From assembly GCA_040954595.2 (NCBI GenBank), contig CM082584.2, forward strand, positions 5,770,110-5,834,109: a stretch of 64,000 bases of DNA, written 5' to 3'. The stretch is from Balanoglossus misakiensis. Lineage: Eukaryota > Animalia > Hemichordata. This document shows positions 1 to 13,400 of this stretch, piece after piece. A model generated the notes under the pieces. It saw only the letters and a program-made list of their open reading frames with translations. It did not search any database and was not told where the DNA came from. Every line of letters starts with the position of its first letter. Positions within the stretch are counted from its first letter, which is position 1. The translations under genes were made by a program, and so were the position numbers.

Positions 1-548
1 AACATATTCGCCATGTATAGGTCGCGCGATTTTTTACAAAATCTAGGGAAAGTTGGCAGAATTTCCAATATGGCGTTTACTGTAATTTGAATCATGGGAA
101 AAAAAGCGCCAGGACCAACTTCCGCCCACCTTAGTGTGGGTGATACCATTTTCCGATTGGTGTCACTGCGTCACAAGCTAAGCGTATTTGCATATTTTCC
201 ATGGGTTATAGCTCATGAAAACTGTCAATAGATGACAAATTTTCGACTTTGCTGATGATTGTTTATCAACTGATGCAAAGAACAAACAATAGCTATGAAA
301 ATACGCCTAGTCTGTCGCCCAGTGACACCTATCGGAGAATGGTATCACCCACACCATGGTGGGCGGAAGTTGGTCCTGGCGCTTTTTTTCCCATGATTCA
401 AATTACAGTAAACGCCATATTGCCAACTTTCCCTAGATTTTGTAAAAAATCGCGCGACCTATACATGGCGAATATGTTTTTTTATGAAAGAGTGACATCA
501 AAGCTACCAAATTATGTAGAAATCAGCTACGACGGATTTCCCCTTTAA
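1..548. mobile_element. Palindromic MITE, Kolobok-like end (left end lies outside the window)
   Basis: 1-~190 is the reverse complement of ~299-479 (AACATATTCGCCATGTATAGGTCGCGCG at 1 vs CGCGCGACCTATACATGGCGAATATGTT ending near 479; one short indel). It ends CCCT-TTAA at 541-548, matching the TTAA target and YY 3' end of Kolobok elements. Confidence 0.75.
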
Positions 549-704
549 GTCAGGCCATCCGCCATTGTGACTCCAAATCAGATGAGGAAAAAGCCAATTA
601 TAGATTCATGGAGCTCTTTCGTCTTGAGTGGGAAAGGAAAGTCTCAACTCATGCTGGACATACCCTCCAAGCAAGGAGATGCAACAAAACAAATCTGTTA
701 CCAT

Positions 705-843
705 TCTTGGCCAGGTGCACCTATGTTGATTGCTTTATTTAACATATAAGCGTGACCAGGTGTTAATTAGTTTTGCTCATATAAAAGCCACCCAGTGCCA
801 CGTCGCGTGGCTCAATTCAGGTCTGGTAGCTGTGCCGTCGCAT
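705..843 (+). repeat. Dispersed repeat, copy 1 (inverted copy at 27696-27845)
   Basis: GGCCAGGTGCACCTATGTTGATTGCTTTATTTAACATATAAGCGTGA... is the reverse complement of ...TCACGCTTATATGTTAAATAAAGCAATCAACATAGGTGCACCTGGCC near 27840. Similarity extends about 140 bp. Confidence 0.85.
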
Positions 844-905
844 GGACGCGGAGTTTGGGAGCCCAACTTACGGAGTGTGCCAGATAAATAATATTCTGTG
901 AACTC

Positions 906-2080
906 GATGCTTGTTATACTTCAGAGCGAATCATGCAGTAGATGGTGGATGTTTTTGCTACAGTCATCAGGAAGGATATACTTGGACAAGTTCGAGACAG
1001 CTCCTTCTATGATGTTTCGCTGGACGAGACAACTGATATCTCCATTTTGAAGCAACTGATTATGTATGTAAAGTACATCAACAAAGATTTTGAGGTAAGT
1101 ATTTGAATTATGTTTGGGAGTAAAAGAAGGCCTGGTGTATCAAACTTGTTGACTATTTTTTTTAAATATCGTATTACCATACATGAAATTATGTAGCATT
1201 TTAAACAGTTATGTCTATTTCTTCTCAGGTGAAGACTTCTGTTGTAAATATTCAAGACCTCCCAAATGGTACAGCTGAGGTAATCGAAGAGGCAACAGTT
1301 GCTTTCTGTGAAAGTGAATCATTAAATGTAAATCCAAAGATGGCAGCCCTTGGAACGGACGGTGCTTCTGTGATGGTGGGAAGGAAGACTGGGGTAAGTG
1401 TTTTACTCAAAATGATAACAAATTACTTGCGACTAAATGCATTGAATTCAAGAATTTCACATTTTATGCTGCTTTATTCTAACTGCCCAGGATTTCACTC
1501 TTTTATTTTGAAGGTGGCAACTAGAATGAGAAGGAGAAACCCTATGATGGTGAATATTCATTGTGTTGCACATCGTCTGGCTCTGGCAGCATCTCAAGCC
1601 ATGGAGGGGGTAAAGTTTGTCCATCGTCTGTCTAACATCCTGCAGCAGTTATATTATTATTATCAGAATTCTGCAGTGAGGATGGCAGGTCTGCAGGAAA
1701 TAGTCTTTTTATAGAGGTAATTATTTTAAGCCAAGTTCTTGTAATTTTTTGTGATGTGATTGAGCCAATTAAGGTGCATACACTTGAAGCCAATTTAATG
1801 AATTGTTATATACATCTTAATTTTTTTTTCTTTAAGGCTATCTTATCTGAACCAAATATCAAGCTAAAGGAAGCGAAGAGTGTGAGGTGGCTCTCACATC
1901 AGAGAGCTGTCGATGCTGTTCGAAAGACACTGCCTGCCCTGATAGTCAGTTTGGAGAGAGAGTGAAGAGAGAGGTGACGCAACAGTGCATGGATTGGCAC
2001 TGTTTGTCAAGTCGTACAACTTTATTGCTTGTATCCATTTGCTTTCCGATATACTGCCACATCTGACAATATTATCCTTA
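906..2080 (+). pseudogene. Intron-containing hAT-superfamily transposase (ZNF862-like), inactivated
   Basis: Exons ~906-1094, 1229-1393, 1514-1716 and 1837-~2080, joined by GT-AG introns, encode hAT core motifs: YTSERIMQ, SLDETTDISILKQL, GTDGASVMVG, IHCVAHRLALA, VRWLSH. Lesions: in-frame TAG at 939-941, a short insertion near 1702-1712, a frameshift in the GA run near 1955-1965. No C-terminal dimerisation domain was seen. Confidence 0.8.
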
Positions 2081-2799
2081 CTACCGGGTATTTCAGGTTT
2101 GCATAACTATTATATAGTAAGCACTAGATTCAGATAACTTTACACATCCATAGCAAAATAAACATGTGGTTCTTAACACAAAAAACAAACAGTACGACCT
2201 CGTGAATTTCTCAACTCTTATGTACAGAACTGGGTCAGACTAATAGCTTTGCACACTTCACTTGCTGAATATAACCAACTGTTATATTTCCTGAGAAACA
2301 AATAACAAGCTTAGAGCAAAGAATGAGAGATATAGGTAAAGCAGACGTCGACTTTTACCACAACCGTCAAAGAAATGGTCTTCCCAGTGATCACACACAC
2401 TGATTGAGAGGGAGAGAGTGCTGGCTGATAGGTTAAGAGTTGATAATGCAGACATTCTCAAAGCTAATCATGCATATTTTGATGAATTATCAGATGCTCA
2501 TCTTGATGATCTCTTGGATGGAAATAGATATATGGATATACTGCACAGAGCACAATGTATGAAGAAAACTGATGAGTATGCTGAAATACCAGAAATGATG
2601 TGTGTTGTTTTTGTAGCAAAATGTTCACTACACATTTACACTAAACAAAATAATAACTTTGTACGAGGGGAAACTTTTGGAGATTTTTTCACAAATACAG
2701 AACTAGTTTGTTTATAAATATACTCCTGACCAGCAAGGTCAACCAGGACACTATGGCTTACTGTTAAATAGGCAATTCATAAACAGTAAGGAGAGTTTA

Positions 2800-3062
2800 C
2801 TGAATGTTTTGCAATACATTTACTACTTCGAACGGGTGCGGAGATTTACAACGATCAGCCTTACTTTGCAATTCTTCAAATAGAGACCACATGACCATGA
2901 TGCAGTTAGACATAGGCCCCTGAAGGCGCGAATGGAAAAAGAAATCGAAAAAGGCCAAGAGAAGAGAAAAGATTTGCATGCATTGATGATTCGGACAGTT
3001 TATTTCATGGCAAAGAAAGAATTACCCGATGATATGTTTTCGTCCATTCTAGATTTAAAGCG
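2800..3062 (+). pseudogene. Fragment resembling the N-terminal part of a ZNF862-like hAT transposase
   Basis: Translates to NTFTTSNGCGDLQRSAL... and HALMIRTVYFMAKKELPDDMFSSILDLK, resembling the segment before the catalytic domain in this family. Recognised by eye only. Confidence 0.5.
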
Positions 3063-4431
3063 CGAAAACTGTTGTCGGGTACCACCGCTTATGCCCAATA
3101 ACTGTGGAACTTGACCTTATGCAAACATTGCATTGGAAATATGCAAATTAGGGGATGGAGAGAATATGCAAGCCTGACAACTGGTTAAAATACCTGATAG
3201 TAGTAGGTGACAGCAAGACATTTAATCATCTTGTCAGATTGAAGGACATGAATGAAAATATTTAAGGATGCTGGCTTGAAGCAAATTGCCGGGGTTAACC
3301 ATAAGGATGATTTCTATGATTCTATCAAGACTGTCATTGAGACGGAGAAAACCCTGAGTCTAACTATAAAAGTAATGTGTATGACATGTGTGCAGAATAT
3401 TGTTCGTGGTGACAAAAACATTCAATTCCAGACTTGAATACAACTTTGAACGTGTTATGATGCATATGAAATTAGTGGGAGGAACACGTGTAAAAGTTGT
3501 GAAATTCTAAGGAAATTCATTCCTTGCATGGAAGTCGTCTCTTTGTGGACTCTGAAAAAAATTTAGTCGTGTAGTAACCTAAATATAATAACTTCGTAAC
3601 TGTGTAAAATTTTGTCGTAAATGCTGAGGTCACAATGAACTGTTTTAGACTGAGCTCCTGTTGGACTTGAAGTTGAAATGAAGTGATTTACAAACTACGT
3701 CACAGCATAAAACATGATATACAAATTACATCACACACTAAAACATGATAAATAATACTCACTGAATCATTCAAGTCGGCTAAAGACATTCCATGCACAC
3801 TGTACCATCTTCAGAGTGGACTCCAGCAAAAAAATTGGACGCGCACACAAAATATGATACACCAAAGGCAAAAGTCAATTCTCAAAGTTCTCTGACGGCA
3901 TGGCATCCATCTCGTCGAATAGAAACTTGCGCCATGACACTTATGACGTCATGGTCGTGTAAAACTCCATTGCGTACTTGGGGCGACAAATTCACTGTCT
4001 GCGATAGAACCACACTAGAAACTTCAACTGTCTATGATAAAACATGCACCCGGACCTCTGGCGCATACTTGGAACCAGTATTTCATGAATAATATTTCCT
4101 TTCTGGGGGATGGGCGCTCCATTCAAACCAAGCGATGAAAGCAGAACTTCAAAACCACCGCCATGATAAATTTTCATGACGTAACACAGCCACACATCGC
4201 CCTCAACGCCACGCCACGTAAAAGTAACAGTTTCGTTTTGTTTCTTGACCTTTGACACGCCATATTTTCTTGAGAGCCACAGCTGGGTAGTGGGATCGAA
4301 GAGTTGTCACTGTCATCATATGTCAGGACTCCCGGCGTGGTGGTGTATATAGCTTGTAGATATACTAAAGCACAATGTGGTATTGGCGCATTGCTTTACT
4401 TGTGGCGAATGTGATCGATGTATAAAAAACC

Positions 4432-7400
4432 ATGGTGGATAGAAGAATACTCTTCATCGTATTTCTGTCAACAACCCTTGTGATCGGGTCCACAGGTTAG
4501 TATCACCATGTTGATATCGCACAATCGCTTGCACTAGATGCCTTAGGTATTACGAATGTGATCAACTGACCTGATCTCCTGCCTGCGGTGCTATGTTATG
4601 ACACTCTTCGTGACATACATGTAGTTGTTTACGTTACCATGGTTACTGACTTACCAGGCATGCTGGAAGGATTGGTCGGTTGCTGTCTGTTGATGTTACC
4701 ACTTACTGAAATGTGACCCCCACATTTAAAGTGATGAGATCCAGAGATCATAGAGACACCACCCATATACTTATCTCACATCCAATGTCAATGATCATGA
4801 AGGGATTTTTGTCTTGTTTAAAATTCATGTCACCAATCATTAATAAAATTAAATATGCACAGTTTCAGTTTAGTATTCCTCAGAACAAGACGATGTCTAA
4901 CAAATGATACTCCACATAGGTTTTGTTATGTGTAATAGTGCATAGATGTCATTTTATTCCGGGGGGAATACTTTAAACTGAAATTCAAAACTTGGTCTTG
5001 CAGGAGTGAATGGAGAAGATAGGACAGGGTCCAGAGACACAGTACAGGGATTGGAAATTCAGACAATTTCTAACCCTCCAAATGATGACCTGAGTTCTGA
5101 TGTTGATCTGTTAAGTGAGACAAATGAAAACAGTCAACACGTATACAGCAGATCACAACTGACCAGATTTCAACAAATAGAGTTGGAATATTATATAAAA
5201 CATGCATCACAGTCACCATTTTGTGTTCTATTCAAGGACACTGGTAAGTTTGTCAAAAAACTTCCTTTCCTTCATTTAGGGAGGCAGTAGACAAGCTGGG
5301 AAATTCCTGGCCATTTATGTGATGGATAGTATACAATATAGCATTTATTAATTTTAATATTTCATTCAATGTTAGGTTTGAACCAGGTATGTCTAGAGTG
5401 TCTGGTGATGGTATTATGTAGCATTTTCTTTCAAAACAATTTGTAGGGGGAAATGGGATGTTGTACACGTGTTCCACTTAGAGTATCTGTAGTTATAAGT
5501 CATTGCTTTCACAAAGGATTACATGCTAACATATCAGTATCGTTTGAAAATAATAATAAAAAATAATGAAGACCTACTGAGATTTTCAACCTGTTTCTTT
5601 GTCATAGACACATCACTTTTAGAAGAAACTCTCCAAGCCTTGCAAGACTCGGATGAACTCACCGATCTTTCAGATGGCAAAATCAAAATTGGTGTGTATT
5701 CACTTTTCAAGGTAAGTCACCATTTGGATGGCAAGTAAATATGCTTGCTTAAATTTATATTTGTGTATGTTTGTTTTGTAAGGTATCTTTCTCTATAACA
5801 AACAAACAAACAAACAAACAAACACATCGCTGCATCTTTCAAAGAAAGTTATCCTTAATAGAACAATTTAGACCTTACTGACATTGACAGTCCAAACCAG
5901 ATTTTTAAGCTCCCTAAGACACGTACATACTGGTATTGTGATTCACAGACAAAGGCAATTGAAGGAGACAGAGACTAAAATTTCTCTCAAGTGCTGGCTT
6001 TACTCTGTCCGATGATTTCTGATTGCCAGAATTTTGTTATGCTTGCTAAATCAGCACAACTGAACTAGTACAGATTTCTACAATTTTAATTTTAGTTTTC
6101 TCTCTCCCCTTCCACCCCTCCCCTCTTCTCCCCCCCCACTTTCAGAAGTTACATGGCAGTAACATAACTGTCACTTCCCCAACATTACGATGTTATTTAA
6201 GCAGTGCGTCGTATCATGACTATGATGGACTTACAGAGATAAACACCCTCAAGCAATGGCTGATAATGACAGTAAGTATAAATTGCATTGTCTTATTCAG
6301 CAACTTTGGTTCTGAAAAATTGTAGAATGGATGCTTGCAGTTGCAGGTTCATAAAAACAACACATCAAAGCAATGATCCTATCATATGTATAATTGATTC
6401 TAACTGTGGGCTTAGAACCAAAAATTCTTGTGATATGCTGTTTCATAATGGAGTAGGTCCAGCAAGCAGACTCAGCCAAAATGACATCCAAGTCAAAATT
6501 GGATCTTAATCTGTTGAACATCTTTGGGAAAACAAACAAACTCAGCAAGAATGATGCATAACTCTTTTTTTTCAGTCTTGTTCTTCAGTATTTAATACTC
6601 CTCTATATTTTATAGTTTGCAGAGAGAGACAGTATGATAACTGAAGCCTGCCACTCCAATATTGATGAAATGATAAGTAAATTTAGGACCACATTATTAG
6701 CATTTCCTGGTGAAGATTCGTACAACAAGATTGAATCACTTCTACAACAGGTATGTAGACATACAACATCCTATGTAAATGAATAACACCCCCCCCCCCC
6801 CCCCCCACCTTGTCTAGGCCCTACTGAGTAACACACACTTGGCATGTTAACAGGCCTGGGTGCCAGAAGTTTAAGCCCTCTGGAAATCAAACCAGTTTAA
6901 ACCGACTTGGCAGCGTTAGGGTTTATTCAAATGTGCTCTAACTGAGACTAATATTACTCCTGTTTCTGAACATTTCTTTATTCCTCATTCTCTTTTGTAT
7001 TGTGTATGTCCTTTGCAGTTAAAATCCAAAAGTGGCAATGATGATGTGCAGTTTCTGATAGTTCCTGCCAATTCTGCTCACGAAAAACCACTGGTGTCCA
7101 GATTTAAAGTGGACAAGTATCCAACATTATTAATGCTGGATGGACAAGGTATGTTATGTGTTGTCATGGTAATATTACGGAGGCATCCATTATCCATACA
7201 TGAATGGTGAGATAAGTGCTTCCATCTTTAAAATTAACATATGAACTTCAAGATATTTTTTTCCCTGTGATGACTGTTGGCAATCATCTAAAATGTGAAA
7301 GTTACTAAGTACTTTGTACTGAAACAGTAACTATGTTGAGAATTGCATTGTTATCGCTGCTGACAAGATGAAAAATTGACAATTCTGTAATTTTTGCAAA

Positions 7401-10400
7401 AGGTCTCAAAAATTCATACACTCACTATCTGAAGATTTTTAAAGTTTGAATAAAAATATCAAAGGGCATCTCTGATGTGAGACTGAAGTTGTATTTTTGT
7501 GTGTTGAAAATCCCCAGGTTGGAAGAAAGGATCCATCAGTGTGTATAAGAGATTTCACAAATCTGAAGTTAAGAAAGAAATCATTGAGTTGTATCTGACA
7601 ACAATGAGAACATCCCTGAAGAAATTGTCGTTGGTAAGTTCTATTTTTCGGGCACAGTTATGACACGTGCTGAAAGTCTTGTATGAAGTGTTGTGGTTTT
7701 CTGCTACTGGAACATCAAACCAGGTTTGCCCAGGTGTGTCAAAGTGAAATTGTTAACATGTTTGCATTAATACTAGTATGTTTTAACCCTTTCACCCCCA
7801 GTTCCCTCTTTAGAGGTCCAACCTTACCATAGAAAACAATGGGTTTGGACTGAACCATGGTGGTGAAAGGGTTTAAGACATCAGCATGGTAGGGTATTGC
7901 ACCACTAAGTCTCAATAATTTTTTTTTGCATTCTATCAACAGGTGGACTTCCAAAAGGAGGTGATTGAAGGCAGAACTCATCAGTCGCCAATAGCGCTGT
8001 GTTTCTTTGCAGCATGGGGTCAAAATGTCAACGGTTATGTGTCAGTGTTTGACAGGATGGCAGTGACACTGGGCGAGACTGGAGCTGACATCAGATTTGG
8101 TCTGATTGACATCAAGCAGGAAAGTAAAAGTAAGAAAGACCCTCAGTCTTATATGAACTTGAAGTCACAGTACATTTTCATAGTACAAATCCAGCAGCTC
8201 ACTTTGGTTTTAATTGTACAGGATTTCAATAATAACATGTGTTAAAATTTATATGTTTGTCACCCATTTTTTGATTATGTTCATGGTCACACTTAGATAA
8301 ACCTTTTGCAGAAATAGCTTTTGATTTCAATCCATCATTTAAAAAACTACAAAAAGATGCAGCTAATGGGTAAAGTACTTTTGATGTAAACGTGTCTTTT
8401 CTTCTTGTGAAACCAGTGATATTTGACAATAGTATGCCTCTCTCTTCACAGTTATTCCCCGCTATGTAAAAGTTGTATCTGCCAAAAATGTGCCGTTTGT
8501 TGTTGTGTTCTGGTGGAGCAAAGACAGCAAAAAGAAAGGTAATATATCTTGGAATAATCTGGCACAGCTCAGAATTTATATTGAATTAACTGTTAAAGGG
8601 CCATGATTGTCTTATGCTCATGTGCCAAACCAGAGACTCTGGTTACAAATTATACACAGTCAATCTGACAATGCCATAAGGCAGTGTACTGTCCTAACAA
8701 CAGACAAGATTTTGTCGCATACCCGTACCGTACCCGCACATTTTTACCTTTTTTTGGTTTAATAATTACTGATTTTTTTTTCAGATGCTAAACTACATGT
8801 AGTTCAGAAAGTGTTCAGTGATCGACTGCCAACACCATCAAACATGTATGACTTTCTAGTAACAAATGACATTCCGTTCAAAGACAAGGATGGAAAACAG
8901 CTTCATTACACTTCGTGGTCCAGTCATACTGCTGACCTGTTGCATGTAAGTGGCATTTCTGGATCAGATAAGCTGGCTTAAATGACACATGGCAAGTCTA
9001 TAATGATAATGGTGATTTTTTTACAGTAGGGATACAAATTCGTTCCAGTAGTCGCCTGTTTTTGTATATACAATGTACTTCATACATTGTACTTTATGTA
9101 TGCCATACAAAGTGGTAACAAGCCAAGTCCTCTAGACAGTGGGTACTGCAAGTTTACACAGAATGACAAAACAAGGCCCTCCATCTGAAATGATCAAAAC
9201 ACTGCCATTATTCTCATGTCTTTTCTCTCTGTTCTAGATCTCCCATGGATACTCCAGTGTGTCTCCCGTGTGTGGTTGTCATGACAACACAACTGGAATG
9301 TCCACTGATGAGGAGAATTTTTACTATCCATCCTATCATGTTCATAATTCAGTTGCAAAGTCTGGCCAGTGTGAACATGTAGATGTTGATGAACAACAGA
9401 GTATCGACAGTGAAGAAGATGAAGAGGTACGAGTTAGTGTTAATCTGATTAAAATCAGATGTGGGGTTGACTTCATTTTTCACTTTTGCTGATTCTTGCT
9501 CTCAGGTAAAGATTGAACCAACCCTACATCTGATTTTAATCAGATTGATGTTACACTCATTTGAAGTTTAAGGGAAAAAAAGTGTATAAAATACCAAGTC
9601 GGAATGACCATACAAAGTGCAGTGCCTTTTAAAAAATTGATGCAGAGGCTCACAAAAATGACTTTCATTCCTTGTAAAGCTGCTCTATGTAATTTCTGCT
9701 TTCTATGATGTCATTTATTAATGTTGGTAAATATTTTGAGTGTTAGTATATGTCCAAAACCATGGATTTTCAACTCAAATTACAATGATCCACTCATCTC
9801 ATTGCAGGCAGAGATTCCTAACAAGGTCTTAGTGGAAGCAGATAACGACAGAAACATTCCAATACTGACTGATGCCACATGGAGACAGGTCGTAGAAAGT
9901 TCTCTACCGCCCTCACAAGGCCTGTTCGGTCCATCCAAGTCTGTGAAATCCACAGCGATCAAGGCGATACTGGTCATCTTCATACAAGCTGATTGCGGCA
10001 GCTGTGAGCGGAAAATGGACATGTTTAGAAACATTGCAGTATCTGTCAGTTACATGGGTATGTTGTACAATGTGTTTGTTACAGAGACACTGATTTTGTT
10101 GAACCATGAAGGATGTGGTTTTGCGTAAACTCGACTCAATGTGAATGGCGCCACCATGTGGTCAGTTTTGAATTTTCTGTCTGTTGCCAAATTTAGATAC
10201 TAGTAGGAGATGCATTGGAATTGTGTTGAATGGTGCTTCTATTATGTTATAAAAATGAAAAAGTTTCTGTGACACAGATAAATTATAATTTTGACAAATT
10301 GTCAAGAAATGGGAAAATTTCGCCGCACGTTTTTGCCGCATTTCCATTTTAAAGTAGTGTTGCTAGGAAAAGAAGCTAATGACAGAAAAAAATTGAGAAA

Positions 10401-13400
10401 TTTAATACATTGTACAGTGATTCAATTAAGAATCCAAAACAAACAGGCTCTATTTTTCCTTGATTGTAGTTGGAGAATTTAAGATTTCCTTGTGATATCA
10501 ATGAACACAAGTTTTAAACTTCAGGTATTACCGGTAATGTAAGTTTTTTTAAAGATATTTTTAGATATAAATGAATGTTGATGTGTCTTTGTATTTCAGA
10601 TGGTGGTGTGGCATTTCTTGTCAACTGTACAGACAGTCCTCTGACTTGTCAACAGCAGAACATTGTTGGATTTCCAACACTGATAGCGTATCGTAAACTT
10701 GGCTGGCTAGAGAGTGAACGCTGTGTGTCGTCCAGACTACACAGTCATTTCTCTAGAGTGGATTATCATGGATCTCTTTTGGTCAGTAGACAGTTTTAAT
10801 TCCAAATTTACAATCATTTGTGTGAAACTTGTGTTTGTGTAAAGATTATGTCATCTCAGTAATTCTCAGGTTTTAAATTTGTGCTAGGGGGTCAAATCAC
10901 ATTATGATAATTGCATTCTGGGTAAAAGGTCGACAACTCACTGTAGTAAGAGATAGAAGAAATGATAATTTGACTGTATTCCATGACTTCCTTTTGTCAA
11001 AATTTGTAGTTTGGACCTTGGTTTGAAGATGAGTTGATTGGGGCATTTATTCATTGTTTTACAACAGGAGGCTGACATCATGGAATGGTTCTCACAGGCT
11101 ACAGTGCCAGCTGTCAATCATGTTGGTGGTGATGATATGCAAAACACACCCATGGTGAGTTGACCAATCAGATGCCATTTTAAGAAGTGTCCTAAACACA
11201 AACAGTCTGTCAATGTGACAATGTGACACTCTGTACTAACTTGTATGAATAATGACTACTTTTGTAAAAAGCAATTGACAGATATTAATTAATCCAATTG
11301 TTGATGACCAGAAGGGCCATCAGACACAAAAACTGAAAATAATGAACTTCATCATATATGTGCCGTCTAACATGATTCAAATATGAAATAGGCTGCCCCC
11401 ATGAATGCTGTTTCTCATTTTCATTTTCAGATTGAAGATATAAGAATCGTTGGCAGTGTTTATCCCAAATCAGTGGCTGGCAAATACCTTCCACAGGTAG
11501 CTGGTGTTGATAGTTGGTTTCCCATGCAGTGTTTCCAGTTAGTCTGTGAGAGACTTTATGGCAAAGCTGTATGCTATGCTGAAAAAACTTCAGATATTCC
11601 GAGTAGAGAATTTGACCATGATGGCGAAGAGGAGCAAGATATGATTGTTGCCCAGGTAACTAAACGTTGCGGCAAAATGGTATATGTATAGTATATAGGA
11701 TAGTGAACTGAAATGTATTCCCAAAACTGTTGAAAAGAGTGAAAACGCCAGAATATCACACTCAGTTTACATTTGTAACTAACCTGGTAGAAACATTTTT
11801 TCTGGAAGCGCATACATGCATGGCTCTCTCATCACAGACAATAGGTGGCGCCCTTTCCCCGACTTGATTCTGTTGAATACAGGGGCAAGTTTTTTTCACA
11901 ATTAAAAACCACCATGTGTTTTTATTTGTTAGGATTTAAAGGTGGCACAAATCAAAGTTTGTCTCAGAAATGTTATCTTGTAGCAAAATGTTCAACAAAC
12001 TCCTTCCACAATGTTCTTTTAATGTTAAAAAAATTAACGAGTGACAGTTGTCATTACGTATCTTATATTTGATTGACAGCTATAGTAACTACAGAACAAA
12101 ATATCAATTAACAATCCCCCCCTCACCCCAAGCATAGGTATGATTCATGGATATGTAATGCTAAAGTAGCTCATCTGACCACCGTGGAGTTTCAATAGCA
12201 GCGTGGGTGAGAGAAGCTGCTATCAAAATTGTCCACTGTGAAACTCCACAAACTTTTTTTTTCTCTGTCTGTGATTTGATATCGCGATTGTATACAGTTT
12301 CCAGTGATCACTTCCCAGCTTCCACTGGTTCTCATATTACAAACTGTGTGTGGGAGAGAGCAAAAGGCGGAAATAACCTCAGTAGCTGTTTAATTCAGAT
12401 TTCTTGTATTTGGATCATTTTAGTTTCGAACCAGGGTTAGCTCATAACACTGTACTTGGGAAAATACGAATTAAATTGTTTGACAGGTGTACTGGTAATT
12501 TGAAGATGGTAAAAGTGAAATTAGATGATAGTTTTGTGAAAAATAATATGAGCTCAATTCAGCTTCCAGAGGGCTTTGGAGAGGGTTTTTTGCAGATTGT
12601 ATGCCATTTCATGAACATCATATATTCGTTTCACTTTGATTCCAAAGGCTATGTTAACATCCTCCCTGTAAACCTTGATGAATTTTACGACAACTTTGGC
12701 TAGAGCTGTACAATGAACGTGTATGGGAATACTTTTGATACAAATGTATGAGTGTATATGTGCGTGTGTCTGTGTTTGTTTGTTTGTTTATTTGTGCATG
12801 TGAGGGAAAATTACAAACCTGCATGTACAAAACAATATGCAGAGAAGATTTAGTTTTAAATACTGCATATGCATGCTCCATGTTTGCAGCCAGTTTTCAC
12901 AATCTCTCTGTCAATATAAAATTGCTGACAATATCAATCTGGAAGGGTTTCACATTTCACCTGATTTGATTTCAACCACAGGTGAAGATGATACGACGGG
13001 ACGGAATCAAAGCGTTACTATTCAAACTCGGTGTTCTGTTAATATCAACACTGGAAGATGAAACTGACAATCAAATCCATGACTTCCACACTCCACACAA
13101 GTAAGTTGATCGAAAATAATGGTGGTTTTATATAAAAGACAACGATTTCAGAGCTTAATTGCCTTTAGTGTTTAACCATAATTTCAACGTTGGAGTGTTT
13201 CGTGTGAGCTTTTGTAAACTGCAGAAACCAAAAAAGTTCGCAGTACTTTTCAGGACACAATGTGTTTTTCAACCATCTGTTTCGGTAATTAAATTTGTTC
13301 AAGACTGCAGCATGATGAAGTACACGTACTGATGTAGTACGTTAGTGTGTGGTTCACAACAGATGGTCTGCTGACCCACAAACTAACAAGGAAATGGCGA

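Noticed and set aside
249-548. 99-aa ORF
   Set aside because: Lies entirely within the right arm of a palindromic MITE and has no recognisable motif.
3793-4263. Short ORFs on both strands upstream of the thioredoxin-like gene (possible divergent gene)
   Set aside because: No splice-consistent model or protein motif; the minus-strand ATG frame closes after about 29 codons.
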